From the IMG/VR virus record IMGVR_UViG_3300026907_000064, positions 1 to 57,918 of that record: DNA of 57,918 bases. One strand, given 5' to 3'. The translations under genes and the position numbers were made by a program. The stretch is from a virus (Duplodnaviria > Caudoviricetes). The notes under the pieces are model-generated. The model saw only the letters and a list, made by a program, of their open reading frames with translations. It made no database searches and was not told the DNA's origin. Shown here in pieces: positions 36,348-45,744 of this stretch. Within the stretch, counting starts at the first letter, position 1, and each line of letters opens with the position of its first letter.

Positions 36348-36977
36348 TCAAGCAGCGGCCTCCAACTCTCCCACCATCCCGGCACCACGCAGCACCGATT
36401 CGATCAGCTCCATGGCGCGGGCCTCCTCCCCTTTCTTGCCCTCCTCCACGGTACCGGAGCCCTTGCGCACGATTCGCGCACCGCGCAGCCAGATCGTGAT
36501 TTTTCCGTTCTGATCGGTCACCGTGCGTTCGCTGATGCCGGCGTGGATGGCCAGGTCTTTCAGCAGCACGCGGCTGCGGTTGCCTTTCTCGGCGAAGTAC
36601 CTGGCGACGATGCCGTCGCGCACCGCGCGGTTCACGATGTGCCCGGACAGAACGCCGCTTCCCATGACGCCATCGGACACCGCGCGCACCGCGGCGAACC
36701 AGTCCTGATCCCAGACAGAGCTGCGGCAGCACGGGCAAGGTGTGGTCTGCGGGAGAAAGCGAGCCTCCAGGATGCGCTGGTGCAGCGGCGTGAGCGCCTG
36801 CAGCTCGCGCAGGATGAATCCGGCCTGCGCTGCGCCGTCAACGCCGGCCAGGCCGCGGCCAGTACGCGGCGTGCGGTCCGCCATCTTCACCATGGCGGGC
36901 CTGTCCAGCGTGCCGTTGGAGTAGTTGAAGGCGTAGGTGAGGGCCTGGTGGGCACCCTTGAAAAGCGGTTCGGACAC
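36348..36977 (-). CDS. Late regulator / Q-like antiterminator
   Basis: Last early gene before the terminase, with CPCC zinc motif and C-terminal HTH. AGGAG RBS before GTG. Confidence 0.6.
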   Translation of the reverse strand: MSEPLFKGAHQALTYAFNYSNGTLDRPAMVKMADRTPRTGRGLAGVDGAAQAGFILRELQALTPLHQRILEARFLPQTTPCPCCRSSVWDQDWFAAVRAVSDGVMGSGVLSGHIVNRAVRDGIVARYFAEKGNRSRVLLKDLAIHAGISERTVTDQNGKITIWLRGARIVRKGSGTVEEGKKGEEARAMELIESVLRGAGMVGELEAAA

Positions 36978-37032
36978 TGTGCGCTCCTGGCAATCGGGAA
37001 AATTCTGGGCACCGGCCAGGCCGGCGGGCTGA

Positions 37033-37608
37033 TCAGTCCTGGTCATGAAATCCGCCAGTGCGCGCGCGGCTGCCGCCGTGCATCGAGTGCATGCGCGGCT
37101 GGGCGCCGATGCGCTCCGCGTTCAGGCCAAGGGTTGCGGCCATGCGCAGCGGCTTGCGGCTGGCAACGCCGGGCAGCACTTGCACCTGGCCGGCGTGCAC
37201 GGGGGTAAGCGCCGGCGCCATTGGCTCAGGTTCTGGGGTGGTGGTGCTGGCGGCAGGCTCTTCGGCCGCAGTGCTGGATTTCTTCCCCAGCCACTGCGCG
37301 TATGCCTCCGGCTTCGTCGCCCCGACGCCAATGCGCATGTCGCCGGCGCACTCCCACCATTCCGTGCCTGGTGGGCGGCCGGGCCACAGGCGCAGCCGCG
37401 GGCGGATTGCCGGATGGACGGGCGCCTGGCCCGGGCCCGTGGTTCGCCGGCGCGGTTTGGCCGGCTCCCCGCGTTGCCGGCGCTGCTCGGCCTGCACGAT
37501 CTGCCAGATGCGCTCGGGCGTCACGCCGAACTCAACCGCCAGGTCGGTGGGACGCTCGCCGGCCAGGCGTCGGTGCAGGATTTCGGCGTTTCGTTCGCTG
37601 GTGCTCAT
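37033..37608 (-). CDS. HTH (Mor-like) DNA-binding protein
   Basis: RNAEI.....GE...DLAVEFGVTPERIWQIV. Confidence 0.65.
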   Translation of the reverse strand: MSTSERNAEILHRRLAGERPTDLAVEFGVTPERIWQIVQAEQRRQRGEPAKPRRRTTGPGQAPVHPAIRPRLRLWPGRPPGTEWWECAGDMRIGVGATKPEAYAQWLGKKSSTAAEEPAASTTTPEPEPMAPALTPVHAGQVQVLPGVASRKPLRMAATLGLNAERIGAQPRMHSMHGGSRARTGGFHDQD

Positions 37609-38096
37609 GCTTGGCCCTCCACGCCGAACAGGACCGATTGCGGGTCGTAGGTCAGCAGCGCGGTGACGGTCACCTCCAGCCTGCCGCCGTGCTCGTCGGG
37701 TTCGGCGCGGCGAGCGTTGATTTCGCGCACCCATGCGTCATCCTGGAACACCACGTCCTTGAGGCTGTCCATGACCACCTTCTGCGTGTTGTCCAGGTCC
37801 AGGCACTGCACGGAATCGTCCCAGGACGCGCCCATCTTGCGCTGGCGCGTCTTCCAGTCCTGAGGACGGTTCGGGTACAGCACGAAGTCAACGCGCACGC
37901 GACCGATGATCGGCTGGCGAATGCCGCACGCCTTGGCACGCTGTGCCACCTCCTCGCGGTAGGCCAGGGCCTCCTTGGTGACGTAGGTCGTCGTGAACGG
38001 CTTGCCACCACCACGCGGGGCGACAGTGCGGCTCTGCCAGTAGCGGTTGGCGCTGATCGGATACGGCAGCACCAGGCTGTGGGATTGGGTGGGCAT
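37605..38096 (-). CDS. rusA: RusA-family Holliday junction resolvase
   Basis: LPYPISANRYW and DLDNTQKVVMDSL...DDAWV. Confidence 0.88.
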   Translation of the reverse strand: MPTQSHSLVLPYPISANRYWQSRTVAPRGGGKPFTTTYVTKEALAYREEVAQRAKACGIRQPIIGRVRVDFVLYPNRPQDWKTRQRKMGASWDDSVQCLDLDNTQKVVMDSLKDVVFQDDAWVREINARRAEPDEHGGRLEVTVTALLTYDPQSVLFGVEGQA

Positions 38097-38320
38097 CAGG
38101 CTCCCTCGCTGCGCAAGTCGCGCAGCCATTCGATACGCGCCGTGGCCTTGGCCTCCGGCGCAGGTTGAAAGTTGCCGCACACGCGGCGATACAGCGGGCT
38201 GACGAAAGTGCCCGGGCGGTCGGTCATGCTGGCGCAGCGCCCTAGTCCGACAGCCGCAAACTTGGCGTTGTCGCGCAGCGTGAAGCGATCGCAGTAGACG
38301 CACTGCACGGTCGCGATCAC
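38096..38320 (-). CDS. Small Cys-rich (zinc-binding) protein
   Basis: CVYC...GRC...C pattern, translationally coupled on both sides. Confidence 0.65.
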   Translation of the reverse strand: MIATVQCVYCDRFTLRDNAKFAAVGLGRCASMTDRPGTFVSPLYRRVCGNFQPAPEAKATARIEWLRDLRSEGA

Positions 38321-39396
38321 AGGTTCACCCCGTAATCCGCGCGCAGCCGGGCTTTGTCCTGGTCGGTCAGGCCTGCCGCGTCGATGACCCGGGCCTTGAA
38401 CCGCCAGAACTCCTCGCCCTCGGCTTGGAAAATCCCCAGCTCCGCGCCGCGGTCGGTGATGCCCTGCGCGCTGGTGACCCATGCCTGCCGGTCGGCCGCC
38501 TTGGCAGCAGCCGCGCGCTTGGCGTCGACCTTGCTGCCCGCCGTGGGCGGGTTCAGCACCTTGGCGACGAAGATGTCCAGAAAGCCGGCCGTGATTGGCC
38601 CTGCGTCGCCGGTCGCGGCGCGATCGGCCACGGCCAGGAGGTAGGCCTCGACCAGCTGTTCACCGGACACGCCCGCAGCGATCCAGGCGGTAATGCGCGG
38701 GTCATTGCTCTGCGTGCCGCGTGGCTGCTTGCCACGGGCCATTTCCTGGCGCCGGATCCAGACCGCGATCGCCATGGCCTGTTCCTCGGCAGTCTTCCCG
38801 GCCAGCTGCGGCGGCGGGGCCTCGCCCTCGCGTACGTGCGCGCCCGCGAGAGACGCCGCCGCAGAAGGAGTTTGTTTTATCTGTTCTTGCTCTTGTTCTT
38901 GTTCCTGCTCCTGCTCTTGGCTTCGGAGGGGCTTACAAGGGGCTTCAAAGGGGCTTACTTCCGGACGGTCGCTAAACCGCTTCGAAACCATGTGAAATGC
39001 CACCCCGTATTTCTCGTAGAACGGCTCCAGATAAGGGTTTTCGGGCAGTCCGTCATACTCGCGCTGGATGCCCTTGCAGCGGTTGTCTTTGGCCTCCAGT
39101 TGTGCCGCGATCTGGTAGCGGGCCATTTCGACCACCCACACCACCATGCTGTCCTCGTCAAACCGGCAAAACCCCGCTTCGCAGGCGCTTCGAAGCCCCT
39201 TCAAAGCCCCTTCCAAGGGGAGTCCGGTATCGGCCGTGATGTAGGCCGGATTCAGGTGATACAAGCCCAGCATGTTGGCGTGCTGGCACGTCATCAGGTA
39301 CATGGCCACGATGACCGCCTCAGCACCCTTTTGCTTCAAGGCTCGACCCGTGCGCCCGCTCCAGAACTGCGGGCCGACCTTTGCGTATTCGCGCAT
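38317..39396 (-). CDS. Replication initiator protein (O-like)
   Basis: MREYAKVGPQFW...YLMTC.H.NMLGLY wHTH N-terminus, (QE)n linker and internal iterons. Confidence 0.8.
   Translation of the reverse strand: MREYAKVGPQFWSGRTGRALKQKGAEAVIVAMYLMTCQHANMLGLYHLNPAYITADTGLPLEGALKGLRSACEAGFCRFDEDSMVVWVVEMARYQIAAQLEAKDNRCKGIQREYDGLPENPYLEPFYEKYGVAFHMVSKRFSDRPEVSPFEAPCKPLRSQEQEQEQEQEQEQIKQTPSAAASLAGAHVREGEAPPPQLAGKTAEEQAMAIAVWIRRQEMARGKQPRGTQSNDPRITAWIAAGVSGEQLVEAYLLAVADRAATGDAGPITAGFLDIFVAKVLNPPTAGSKVDAKRAAAAKAADRQAWVTSAQGITDRGAELGIFQAEGEEFWRFKARVIDAAGLTDQDKARLRADYGVNL
38927..39212. repeat. Iteron-like repeats (probable phage origin)
   Basis: (A)AGGGGCTT x3 with 11-bp period at 38927-38956, and the inverted AAGCCCCTT x2 at 39193-39212, inside the initiator gene. 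Confidence 0.6.
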
Positions 39397-39408
39397 ATCG
39401 AGCCCCTC

Positions 39409-39984
39409 CTACGCCCGCCCGCGGTCGCGGCCGGGGGTTTGCCACTGCGCGACCAGCAAGCACGCCAAAGCGCGCGCAATCTCACGCGTCAGGAGCGACT
39501 CCAGACGACCCGGGTCCATCGTCATCAGCGCTTGTGTCGAAATTGCGTACGCGACAGCCTCGCGCCCAAGACGCACGGTCATGTGCACCTGCCCACGCAT
39601 CGTGGAGAAATCGGTGTCCGCCACCAGAACAGCCATCTCGGCATACAGCAGATCGGTATCCATCGAGGCCGCTGATGAATGACCTACGAACGTCGGTGCA
39701 AGCGACCGCAACGGGACGCGCGCTGGGTACCCACGCTGAATCTCCTGCTCCATCGACGAGAAGTCGTATTCAGGCCGCCGATCCACCGGCAGCAGGGGAT
39801 GGTTTGGCAGCTCCTCGCGCACCAGGTTGATAATTGCGGCCAGGGCGCGGTTGCGCTCGCAAGCGCTTGCCAGCAAAGCCCGATCCATGGCCTGCGACTG
39901 GGTCTGGGCGGCGTGGTCTTGCTCCAGTTCGGCGATGCGCTCGCGCGCGCGGCGCCGCTGATTTCGTCCGTAGCGACGGCTCAT
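39409..39984 (-). CDS. Hypothetical phage protein
   Basis: MSRRYGRNQRRRARERIAELE N-terminus, in the early operon. Confidence 0.75.
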   Translation of the reverse strand: MSRRYGRNQRRRARERIAELEQDHAAQTQSQAMDRALLASACERNRALAAIINLVREELPNHPLLPVDRRPEYDFSSMEQEIQRGYPARVPLRSLAPTFVGHSSAASMDTDLLYAEMAVLVADTDFSTMRGQVHMTVRLGREAVAYAISTQALMTMDPGRLESLLTREIARALACLLVAQWQTPGRDRGRA

Positions 39985-40082
39985 CAGAAATTCTCCATAT
40001 CTAAACCCGCCCGCGCCGCGCTTTCGATGCGCTCGGACGCGTGCTACAACTCTCGCAACCTCGCCACCGGATGCCCTGCGCC

Positions 40083-40400
40083 ATGAGTTTCGACACAGAC
40101 CAAGAAATTGAAGACTGGATAGGCACCAACGGAATAGATGCTTTCAGGCGTAACGCGGAGAACGGCGGTTTTTCGGGCCGCCGCAGAGCGAATGCACTTG
40201 CGTACTTGCGGCGGACTGATGCGGATAATGCCGGCGCTCGGGACGAACGCCTCGTGAAGGCGGCAGAGGATTCGGCCCAGGCAGCCAAAGACCAAGCTGT
40301 TACGGCCAAGAAGGCGCTAAAAGTTTCGAAGTGGGCGATCGGTATTGCGATCGCCGCAGCAGTCTTCACGTTTGTGCAATGGTGGCTCCCCCGGCACTGA
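40083..40400 (+). CDS. Antisense moron: small protein with a C-terminal TM helix
   Basis: Fills the gap between minus-strand genes. WAIGIAIAAAVFTFVQWW TM segment. Confidence 0.7.
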   Translation: MSFDTDQEIEDWIGTNGIDAFRRNAENGGFSGRRRANALAYLRRTDADNAGARDERLVKAAEDSAQAAKDQAVTAKKALKVSKWAIGIAIAAAVFTFVQWWLPRH

Positions 40401-40401
40401 C

Positions 40402-42342
40402 TCATACACCTTCCCCTCCGCGCACGGCCAACGCTGTGGCGATCGGCCGCACCCAGATGGGCATCGACGACAGCTGGAACGAGTCGCCCGCGCGCGACAG
40501 CAGGATGGCGCGGCCGATTTCTTCGGCCATGGCTTTGGCGGCCTTGCGCGGAACGGCATTGCCGATGCGTTCGCGGTGCGCGCTGTCCGACGAACCATCC
40601 ATCTGGAACACCTCGCCACGTTCCTCGGCCTCGGCGTAATCGTCGGGGTCGTACAGACTCTGCAGGGCGGCCAGCTCCAGCGTGGTGAAAGGCCGGTGCC
40701 AGGTGCCATCCTCGGCCACGATGCGGCACACCAGCTTGTCGTTGGCCGCCGGCAACGCGCGCGGATCTGCCACCGACCATGAGCCGTTGTCGTGGCAGGC
40801 TGACGCCGATACGGCGCCGACGTGCTTGTCCCAGGCGGCCACACCGTAATGCCCTGCGGTCAGATGGTGATCGCCGCGCTCGCGGGCCAGGCCCGGGCGG
40901 GGATCGGCCACAGCGAATGCGCCATTGGCATAGCCAGCAATCACCGCGTGCGAATGCTCATCCCATGCAGCCGTGTGGAATTTCCCATGCAGCTTGCTGG
41001 CGTCCGGGCCGCCGCGCGGATCCGCGACGGCCTGGCCGCCGCTGGACGGCCCATGTCCGGCGCTGACGGTGCCGGCGGTGCCTTCCCACGACACAACGCG
41101 GAACACGTTTTTGTGGGTGTCCTCCCCAAACCCGCGAGGGTCTGCCACGCATTGCCCGGTGCCATGGGCGCCAGTAACGGCGCGCGCGGCGGCGTCATAG
41201 CGCACGATGCGGAACTCGTTGCTGTGCTTGGCCGGGCCGTGGTGCCGCGGATCAGCCACGCTGTACGCGCCCTGCCCTGGGCCTTGCTGACCCGCGATCG
41301 CACCGGTAGATGCGTCCCAGCGCCGCACCCCGTAGGCCTGGCCATCCTTCCACGCTGAGGAAGGGTCAAACCGAGGATCAGCCACGGAGAAGGCGCCGTT
41401 CAAGGGCAGAGATTCGCCGGCAACCGCGCCTGTGGTGTCTTCCCACCTGCGCACGCCGAGCCCCCCGCGGTACATCTGCGGCACCAGCAGATAGTCCTGC
41501 AGGTAGCCGTCCTGGACGGACAGGCGATTCAGGCTGCGCCAGTCGCTACCGGCCTCGACGAAGGCCAGCCGCACCCAGGTTTTCCAGCTCAGATTCGGGA
41601 TGCGGTGCATCGGGCCGGCGCGCAGATCGCCCGGCAGGTGCATACGGCCCAGGATTTCGCCCACGGCGCGTAGCGGGCGCTTGGGTGGCTCGTAGATGAA
41701 CGCCGGCACCTTTTCGGCGTGGCGCGCGATCAGTAGGAAGCGTTTGCGGCTTTGGGCCAGGCCGCCCAGCTCGCCGCAGTCGTGAGCGGTTTCGCGCACG
41801 ACGTAGCCATAGTGGCGCAGCAGCTGCACGATCTGGTCTAGAAAGTGGCGGCCGCGCGAGGCGATGCGCGGCACGTTCTCGAATAGGATCACTTCGACGG
41901 GGTCGTCCTTCCAAGCCTCGAGGGCCAGCCAGATCCCCCGTAGCGTCAGCTCGTTCAGCGCCTGATACTTGGCCGTCAGGCTACGCGAGTGCGAGAGCAG
42001 CCCCGAAAAGCCCTTGCACGGCGCCGACAGAAAAAGGATGTGCGGGCGGCGCCCGCCAGCAGCTGCGCGGATGTCATCGGGCGTGGCCTCAAGCCAGCCG
42101 GCCGGCGGCTCATGCCCATGAAAGGCGATGTACTGGTTGCGACTGAACAGGTCGCGCACCGTGCAGCGCACGCCCGTGAAGCGGAAGAAATCGGCCGCGC
42201 CGGCCGCGTCCACGTCGATTCCCCCGAGGCACACCATGCGCCCGCGCAAGCCGGGGATTTCCGGCTTCGCGTCCTGCATGCCCGCGGCGCCGATGCCGGA
42301 ACCAGAAAACAGGTGAAAGTGGTTAATGTCGGAGACGGTCAT
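40402..42342 (-). CDS. DNA cytosine-5 methyltransferase with a repeat-expanded variable region
   Basis: LFSGSG (I), SAPCKGFS (IV), ENVP (VI), QSRKR (VIII), RPFTTLELAALQS (IX), IGNAVP (X), and six VADPR-terminated repeats. Confidence 0.9.
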   Translation of the reverse strand: MTVSDINHFHLFSGSGIGAAGMQDAKPEIPGLRGRMVCLGGIDVDAAGAADFFRFTGVRCTVRDLFSRNQYIAFHGHEPPAGWLEATPDDIRAAAGGRRPHILFLSAPCKGFSGLLSHSRSLTAKYQALNELTLRGIWLALEAWKDDPVEVILFENVPRIASRGRHFLDQIVQLLRHYGYVVRETAHDCGELGGLAQSRKRFLLIARHAEKVPAFIYEPPKRPLRAVGEILGRMHLPGDLRAGPMHRIPNLSWKTWVRLAFVEAGSDWRSLNRLSVQDGYLQDYLLVPQMYRGGLGVRRWEDTTGAVAGESLPLNGAFSVADPRFDPSSAWKDGQAYGVRRWDASTGAIAGQQGPGQGAYSVADPRHHGPAKHSNEFRIVRYDAAARAVTGAHGTGQCVADPRGFGEDTHKNVFRVVSWEGTAGTVSAGHGPSSGGQAVADPRGGPDASKLHGKFHTAAWDEHSHAVIAGYANGAFAVADPRPGLARERGDHHLTAGHYGVAAWDKHVGAVSASACHDNGSWSVADPRALPAANDKLVCRIVAEDGTWHRPFTTLELAALQSLYDPDDYAEAEERGEVFQMDGSSDSAHRERIGNAVPRKAAKAMAEEIGRAILLSRAGDSFQLSSMPIWVRPIATALAVRGGEGV

Positions 42343-42346
42343 GTCA

Positions 42347-42577
42347 TCAACCCACCGGATTCGCGCGTGCGCGCACGTAGCCCAACGCGCCGAACGCGTG
42401 CTGCTCCAGCACGGCGCGGGCATATTCGGCCTTGGTCTTGCCGCTCATCGTCGCGAGCGCGGCGATGGCGTCGTACAGGTCGCTGGTGCACGGAATGTCC
42501 AGGCGCTCCGTGCATTTGCCGGCGGCGGACGTTTCGGAGGGACGGGACTCGAGGGAGTGCAGGATTGGAGTGCTCAT
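42347..42577 (-). CDS. Small ribbon-helix-helix-like regulator
   Basis: TERLDIPC...LYDAIAALA...GKTKAEYARAVL. Confidence 0.65.
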   Translation of the reverse strand: MSTPILHSLESRPSETSAAGKCTERLDIPCTSDLYDAIAALATMSGKTKAEYARAVLEQHAFGALGYVRARANPVG

Positions 42578-42745
42578 GGGATTCCTATCGGTTATTTGTC
42601 GGCTGGCCTAGCAGTTGCCCGATCGGCACACTGCTGTGCATGCGAAATTGGCGAGGTCCCCTTCCTGCGGCTACGATCGGCAGTGCCCGTACCATCCGGG
42701 CGTGGCGACCAACCACAACCAACCTTCATCGCAGGAGGGGATCTC

Positions 42746-43027
42746 ATGGCGAACAATCTGTTTATTACGTACGACCTCAACAAAAGCGACAAAAACTACG
42801 AAGGCGTTTTCGAAGCGATCAAGAGCCTCGGCAATTGGGCGAAGTATCAAAAATCAGCGTGGTACGTCCGCAGCAACTACACCGCCGACCAGGCTTGCGC
42901 AATCGTTTGGGCGAAGATGGATGCAAACGACTCTCTGATGGTTATCGACGCTTCCAACAACTTGGCGCGTTGGCAAGGCCTCACGAATCAAGTGGCAACT
43001 CACATTCAGCAGAACTGGAACCTGTAG
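42746..43027 (+). CDS. Antisense moron: stand-alone Cas2/VapD-like ferredoxin-fold protein
   Basis: LFITYDL...Y..V...I..LG.W.K.Q.SAW.V...NDSLMVID pattern. Strong AGGAGG RBS. Confidence 0.75.
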   Translation: MANNLFITYDLNKSDKNYEGVFEAIKSLGNWAKYQKSAWYVRSNYTADQACAIVWAKMDANDSLMVIDASNNLARWQGLTNQVATHIQQNWNL

Positions 43028-43241
43028 CTTTGCCGGACTTGGCTGCGTCGAGCTGGCGCGCCGAGTCCGATCCAAATGGCAAACCGTCCACGTGCACCAG
43101 CACACCAAACAGCTTGGCGACAACGTGGACGGGCCATAGCCTCCACTTCTGGTACTGCGTCGATTTCTGGTTGATCAAGACGTTCTCCGAATCGGGTTGG
43201 GAGGATGGGTATTCTGTGAATGAGGCCCGGTGCCAAGCCGA

Positions 43242-43940
43242 TCACCAATCTGGCCGGCCCGGACGATTACCAGGCGCTGGCGTCGATCCTGTTGCCCTAC
43301 ATTCACGAGCAGCGCTGATAGCGGCGCGGCACATCGCTGCCGCGGTCAGCACCGTCAGGACAGCAAAATGGGACCGGTCGCCGGGTGGCAGCCACAGGTC
43401 CAATTCGTCGGCCAGCGCCTGCTGTAGGTACGTCGCCCCATTAGGCAAGACGGACACGCGCGCCAGCACCAAGCCCGCGGCATGCCGGTCAGTGGAGAAA
43501 CGCGGCAACTGGATGGGCCAGGTATTGAGGGTTTCGGCAGGTATTCCGAAGACCACTTCCGCCACCGTGCGATCGAGCGCCAGCGCGGCGTCGTTCGGCC
43601 CCAATTGCACGGGCGCATCGGGCCGTCCAGCCAAGCCAGATTGCCCCGTTTCGATCAGATCGGCCCAGGTCGGCGCACACTGCGCGGGTGCGATCGGCGC
43701 GCCCTGCTCCCACACAGCCAAGATCCGCTCGGCCTCCTCTTCGGAGATCCGACCGCCGTTCCTCGCGCGGACGACCAGGCCTAGCGTCAACGACAGGCGC
43801 GGGGCCAAGCCGTTGGTCAGGACCGAGCCAGCGGGAAACCCTTCTGCTCGGCCGTCTGGCCAAATCCGGAATGCGTGGCCGTCAGGGGTCACGACTTCGA
43901 ACAGGGGCGCAGAACTGGAGCGCTTGAGCTTGTCAACCAT
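43242..43940 (-). CDS. Hypothetical phage protein (232 aa)
   Basis: GGAGG RBS. The PRFSTD..AA..V motif is seen in phage proteins. Confidence 0.65.
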   Translation of the reverse strand: MVDKLKRSSSAPLFEVVTPDGHAFRIWPDGRAEGFPAGSVLTNGLAPRLSLTLGLVVRARNGGRISEEEAERILAVWEQGAPIAPAQCAPTWADLIETGQSGLAGRPDAPVQLGPNDAALALDRTVAEVVFGIPAETLNTWPIQLPRFSTDRHAAGLVLARVSVLPNGATYLQQALADELDLWLPPGDRSHFAVLTVLTAAAMCRAAISAARECRATGSTPAPGNRPGRPDW

Positions 43941-44023
43941 GGCGCCCTCCCCGCATGGGGTTCCCACGCAACATAGAATCGGAGGCGCCACACCTACCCA
44001 TTTCTACGTTGGGGGAACTCTCT

Positions 44024-44314
44024 ATGAGCAAAGAAATACTCGTCATGCTTCACCCGGATACATTGACGCACCGAATGCTTGCGGCAGCGGCGACGTTGCT
44101 TGGCAAAAACCCATTGCAGCTTTATCCGGAAACGCCGGACCGACCTGCGGCGCTGCAAGTGAAGTGCACACAGGTCGGGGCCACGGACTATGGTCTGGTC
44201 CGCCTTGTGCTGGGAGAGGACGGCCAATCGCCTGCGGTATCGGTGCGACCGGAAATGCTGATAGCAGTGTTCGATTCGGAAGAGCGGCTGCCAGCTGGCT
44301 TCCTTTCGGACTGA
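44024..44314 (+). CDS. Antisense moron: hypothetical 96-aa protein
   Basis: GGGGGA RBS and TAGAAT -10 at 43974-43979. Confidence 0.6.
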   Translation: MSKEILVMLHPDTLTHRMLAAAATLLGKNPLQLYPETPDRPAALQVKCTQVGATDYGLVRLVLGEDGQSPAVSVRPEMLIAVFDSEERLPAGFLSD

Positions 44315-44616
44315 GCGCTCGATTGCGCCGTTCCGCCGCGATCGCTACCTCGACTTGCCCGATGAGGCGTGCAAACGTCGCCTCGTCGTATTGGCGCATG
44401 GCGCGGATGAGTTGGGTGGCGGCGTTACGCATGGCGCCCCTCTCGCGCGGCGGCGCGGGCGCCTTCATCCAAAGCCTGTACTACCTGGATAGCCGCGAGA
44501 CGATGTACGCTGCCGGCCCAAGGATGCACACGCTTCCGACAAAGCCGGCCAGCATGCTGAGCCCCAGCAACTCCCAGCCGCAGGCCTCCCACCACAGATA
44601 CAAGACGGGTTCGCAC

Positions 44617-44964
44617 ATGCAGATCACCAGTGAAATGTTGACGTTGATTGGCACTCTCGGAGGTGTTCTGATCGGGGCGATCGCCACGACGGTCACCACC
44701 TACATCACGAAACGATCCGAAGAACGCAGGCACTTCCAGCAGCTCGCTATGCAAGCTGCCATCGAAAGCTGGAAGGGAGTCATCCAGCACGACCGGGCTG
44801 GCCGTGTCGCGCCGCTGTCGCACTTCATCCTTCACACGGTACTGACATCCCAACTGCTCTCGCAGAAGGGACTCACGCCGGAAATCGTTCGGAAGCGTCA
44901 CGACGAAATTTCCGCCATGCTCGCCACTCTGGAGGAGAACGCTGATGCCTCGCGGCGCAGGTGA
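44617..44964 (+). CDS. Antisense moron: 115-aa protein with an N-terminal TM helix
   Basis: LIGTLGGVLIGAIATTVTTYI TM segment, convergent with cro. Confidence 0.7.
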   Translation: MQITSEMLTLIGTLGGVLIGAIATTVTTYITKRSEERRHFQQLAMQAAIESWKGVIQHDRAGRVAPLSHFILHTVLTSQLLSQKGLTPEIVRKRHDEISAMLATLEENADASRRR

Positions 44965-44971
44965 CTTTGCG

Positions 44972-45238
44972 CTAGACATGCCCCGCCCTCCCCGCTTTTT
45001 GGTCAGAAGGAGCTTCTTGCTGGACTTTTGCCTGGTCAGTGCCTGCCGCTTCGCTCCGCTCGAAGTAGTCGTGCAGCGCCTGCACCGTCTGAACGCGGGG
45101 ATTCTTTACCTCCCCGTACCTCAATTTGCGTACCGTGCTTTCCGGCACGCCAGAGCCCTCCGCCACGTTGTGCAGATCGGGGAATCGAACAGCGCTCAGA
45201 CGTGCGAGCACCGAGGTGAGGAATGTCGGCTGATTCAT
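44972..45238 (-). CDS. Cro-like HTH repressor (probably leaderless)
   Basis: VAEGSGVPESTVRKLRYGEVKNPRVQTVQAL. Promoter TTGACG-17-GAAAAT ends 7 nt before the ATG. Confidence 0.85.
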   Translation of the reverse strand: MNQPTFLTSVLARLSAVRFPDLHNVAEGSGVPESTVRKLRYGEVKNPRVQTVQALHDYFERSEAAGTDQAKVQQEAPSDQKAGRAGHV

Positions 45239-45245
45239 GCGCCGC

Positions 45246-45289
45246 ATTTTCAACCCATATTTGGGTTGCGTCAACCCGCAAATGGTCCA
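45246..45289. promoter_or_regulatory. OR-like operators and PR-like promoter
   Basis: CAACCC-ATATTT-GGGTTG (45251-45268) and degenerate CAACCC-GCAAAT-GGTCCA (45272-45289). Minus-strand -35 at 45274-45269 and -10 at 45251-45246. Confidence 0.8.
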
Positions 45290-45312
45290 CTAGCCGGGGC
45301 ATAGTTCCATTT

Positions 45313-45744
45313 ATGGGTAAAAAATCCGCTGCCGAAATCGTTGGCGCAAATCTCGATCGATTGATGACCGATGCTGGTTTTTCTAACGTCACGTTGGAAA
45401 ACCGGCTCTCTCGCCGTGTCACGAAATCGACCATTGGCCGCATTCGTAATGCAGAGAGCAACGCGGGGATTGGGAACATAGAGGAAATCGCGCACGCGTT
45501 CGGTCTGGACGCGTGGCAATTCCTTATTCCCGATGTTTCGATCACCGACAAGCCTCGGCTAGCGGGATCTGCTGCGCCAATCAGTAGCGCGAGCGCCAGC
45601 CCCGCCGACGTCGAATTGTTGGCGCTGTTTCACCAACTGGATGACACGTACAAAGCGCTGCTCCTCGCGGACGCGAAAAAGTATCTCCAAGTGCAGCAGC
45701 CCACCATCAAAAGCGGCAATCCCAAGAGGGCTAGTGCGTCCTAG
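45313..45744 (+). CDS. CI-like repressor (HTH, no S24 autoprotease domain; probably leaderless)
   Basis: NL.RLM...VTKSTIGRIRNAE....I..IEEIA.AFG...WQ.L.P XRE HTH, divergent from cro. CATAGT -10 lies 7 nt before the ATG. Confidence 0.82.
   Translation: MGKKSAAEIVGANLDRLMTDAGFSNVTLENRLSRRVTKSTIGRIRNAESNAGIGNIEEIAHAFGLDAWQFLIPDVSITDKPRLAGSAAPISSASASPADVELLALFHQLDDTYKALLLADAKKYLQVQQPTIKSGNPKRASAS

Noticed and set aside
41989-44964. 991-aa plus-strand ORF
   Set aside because: It is R/A/P-rich shadow sequence crossing several real genes. Only the last 115 codons (from 44617) look like a protein.
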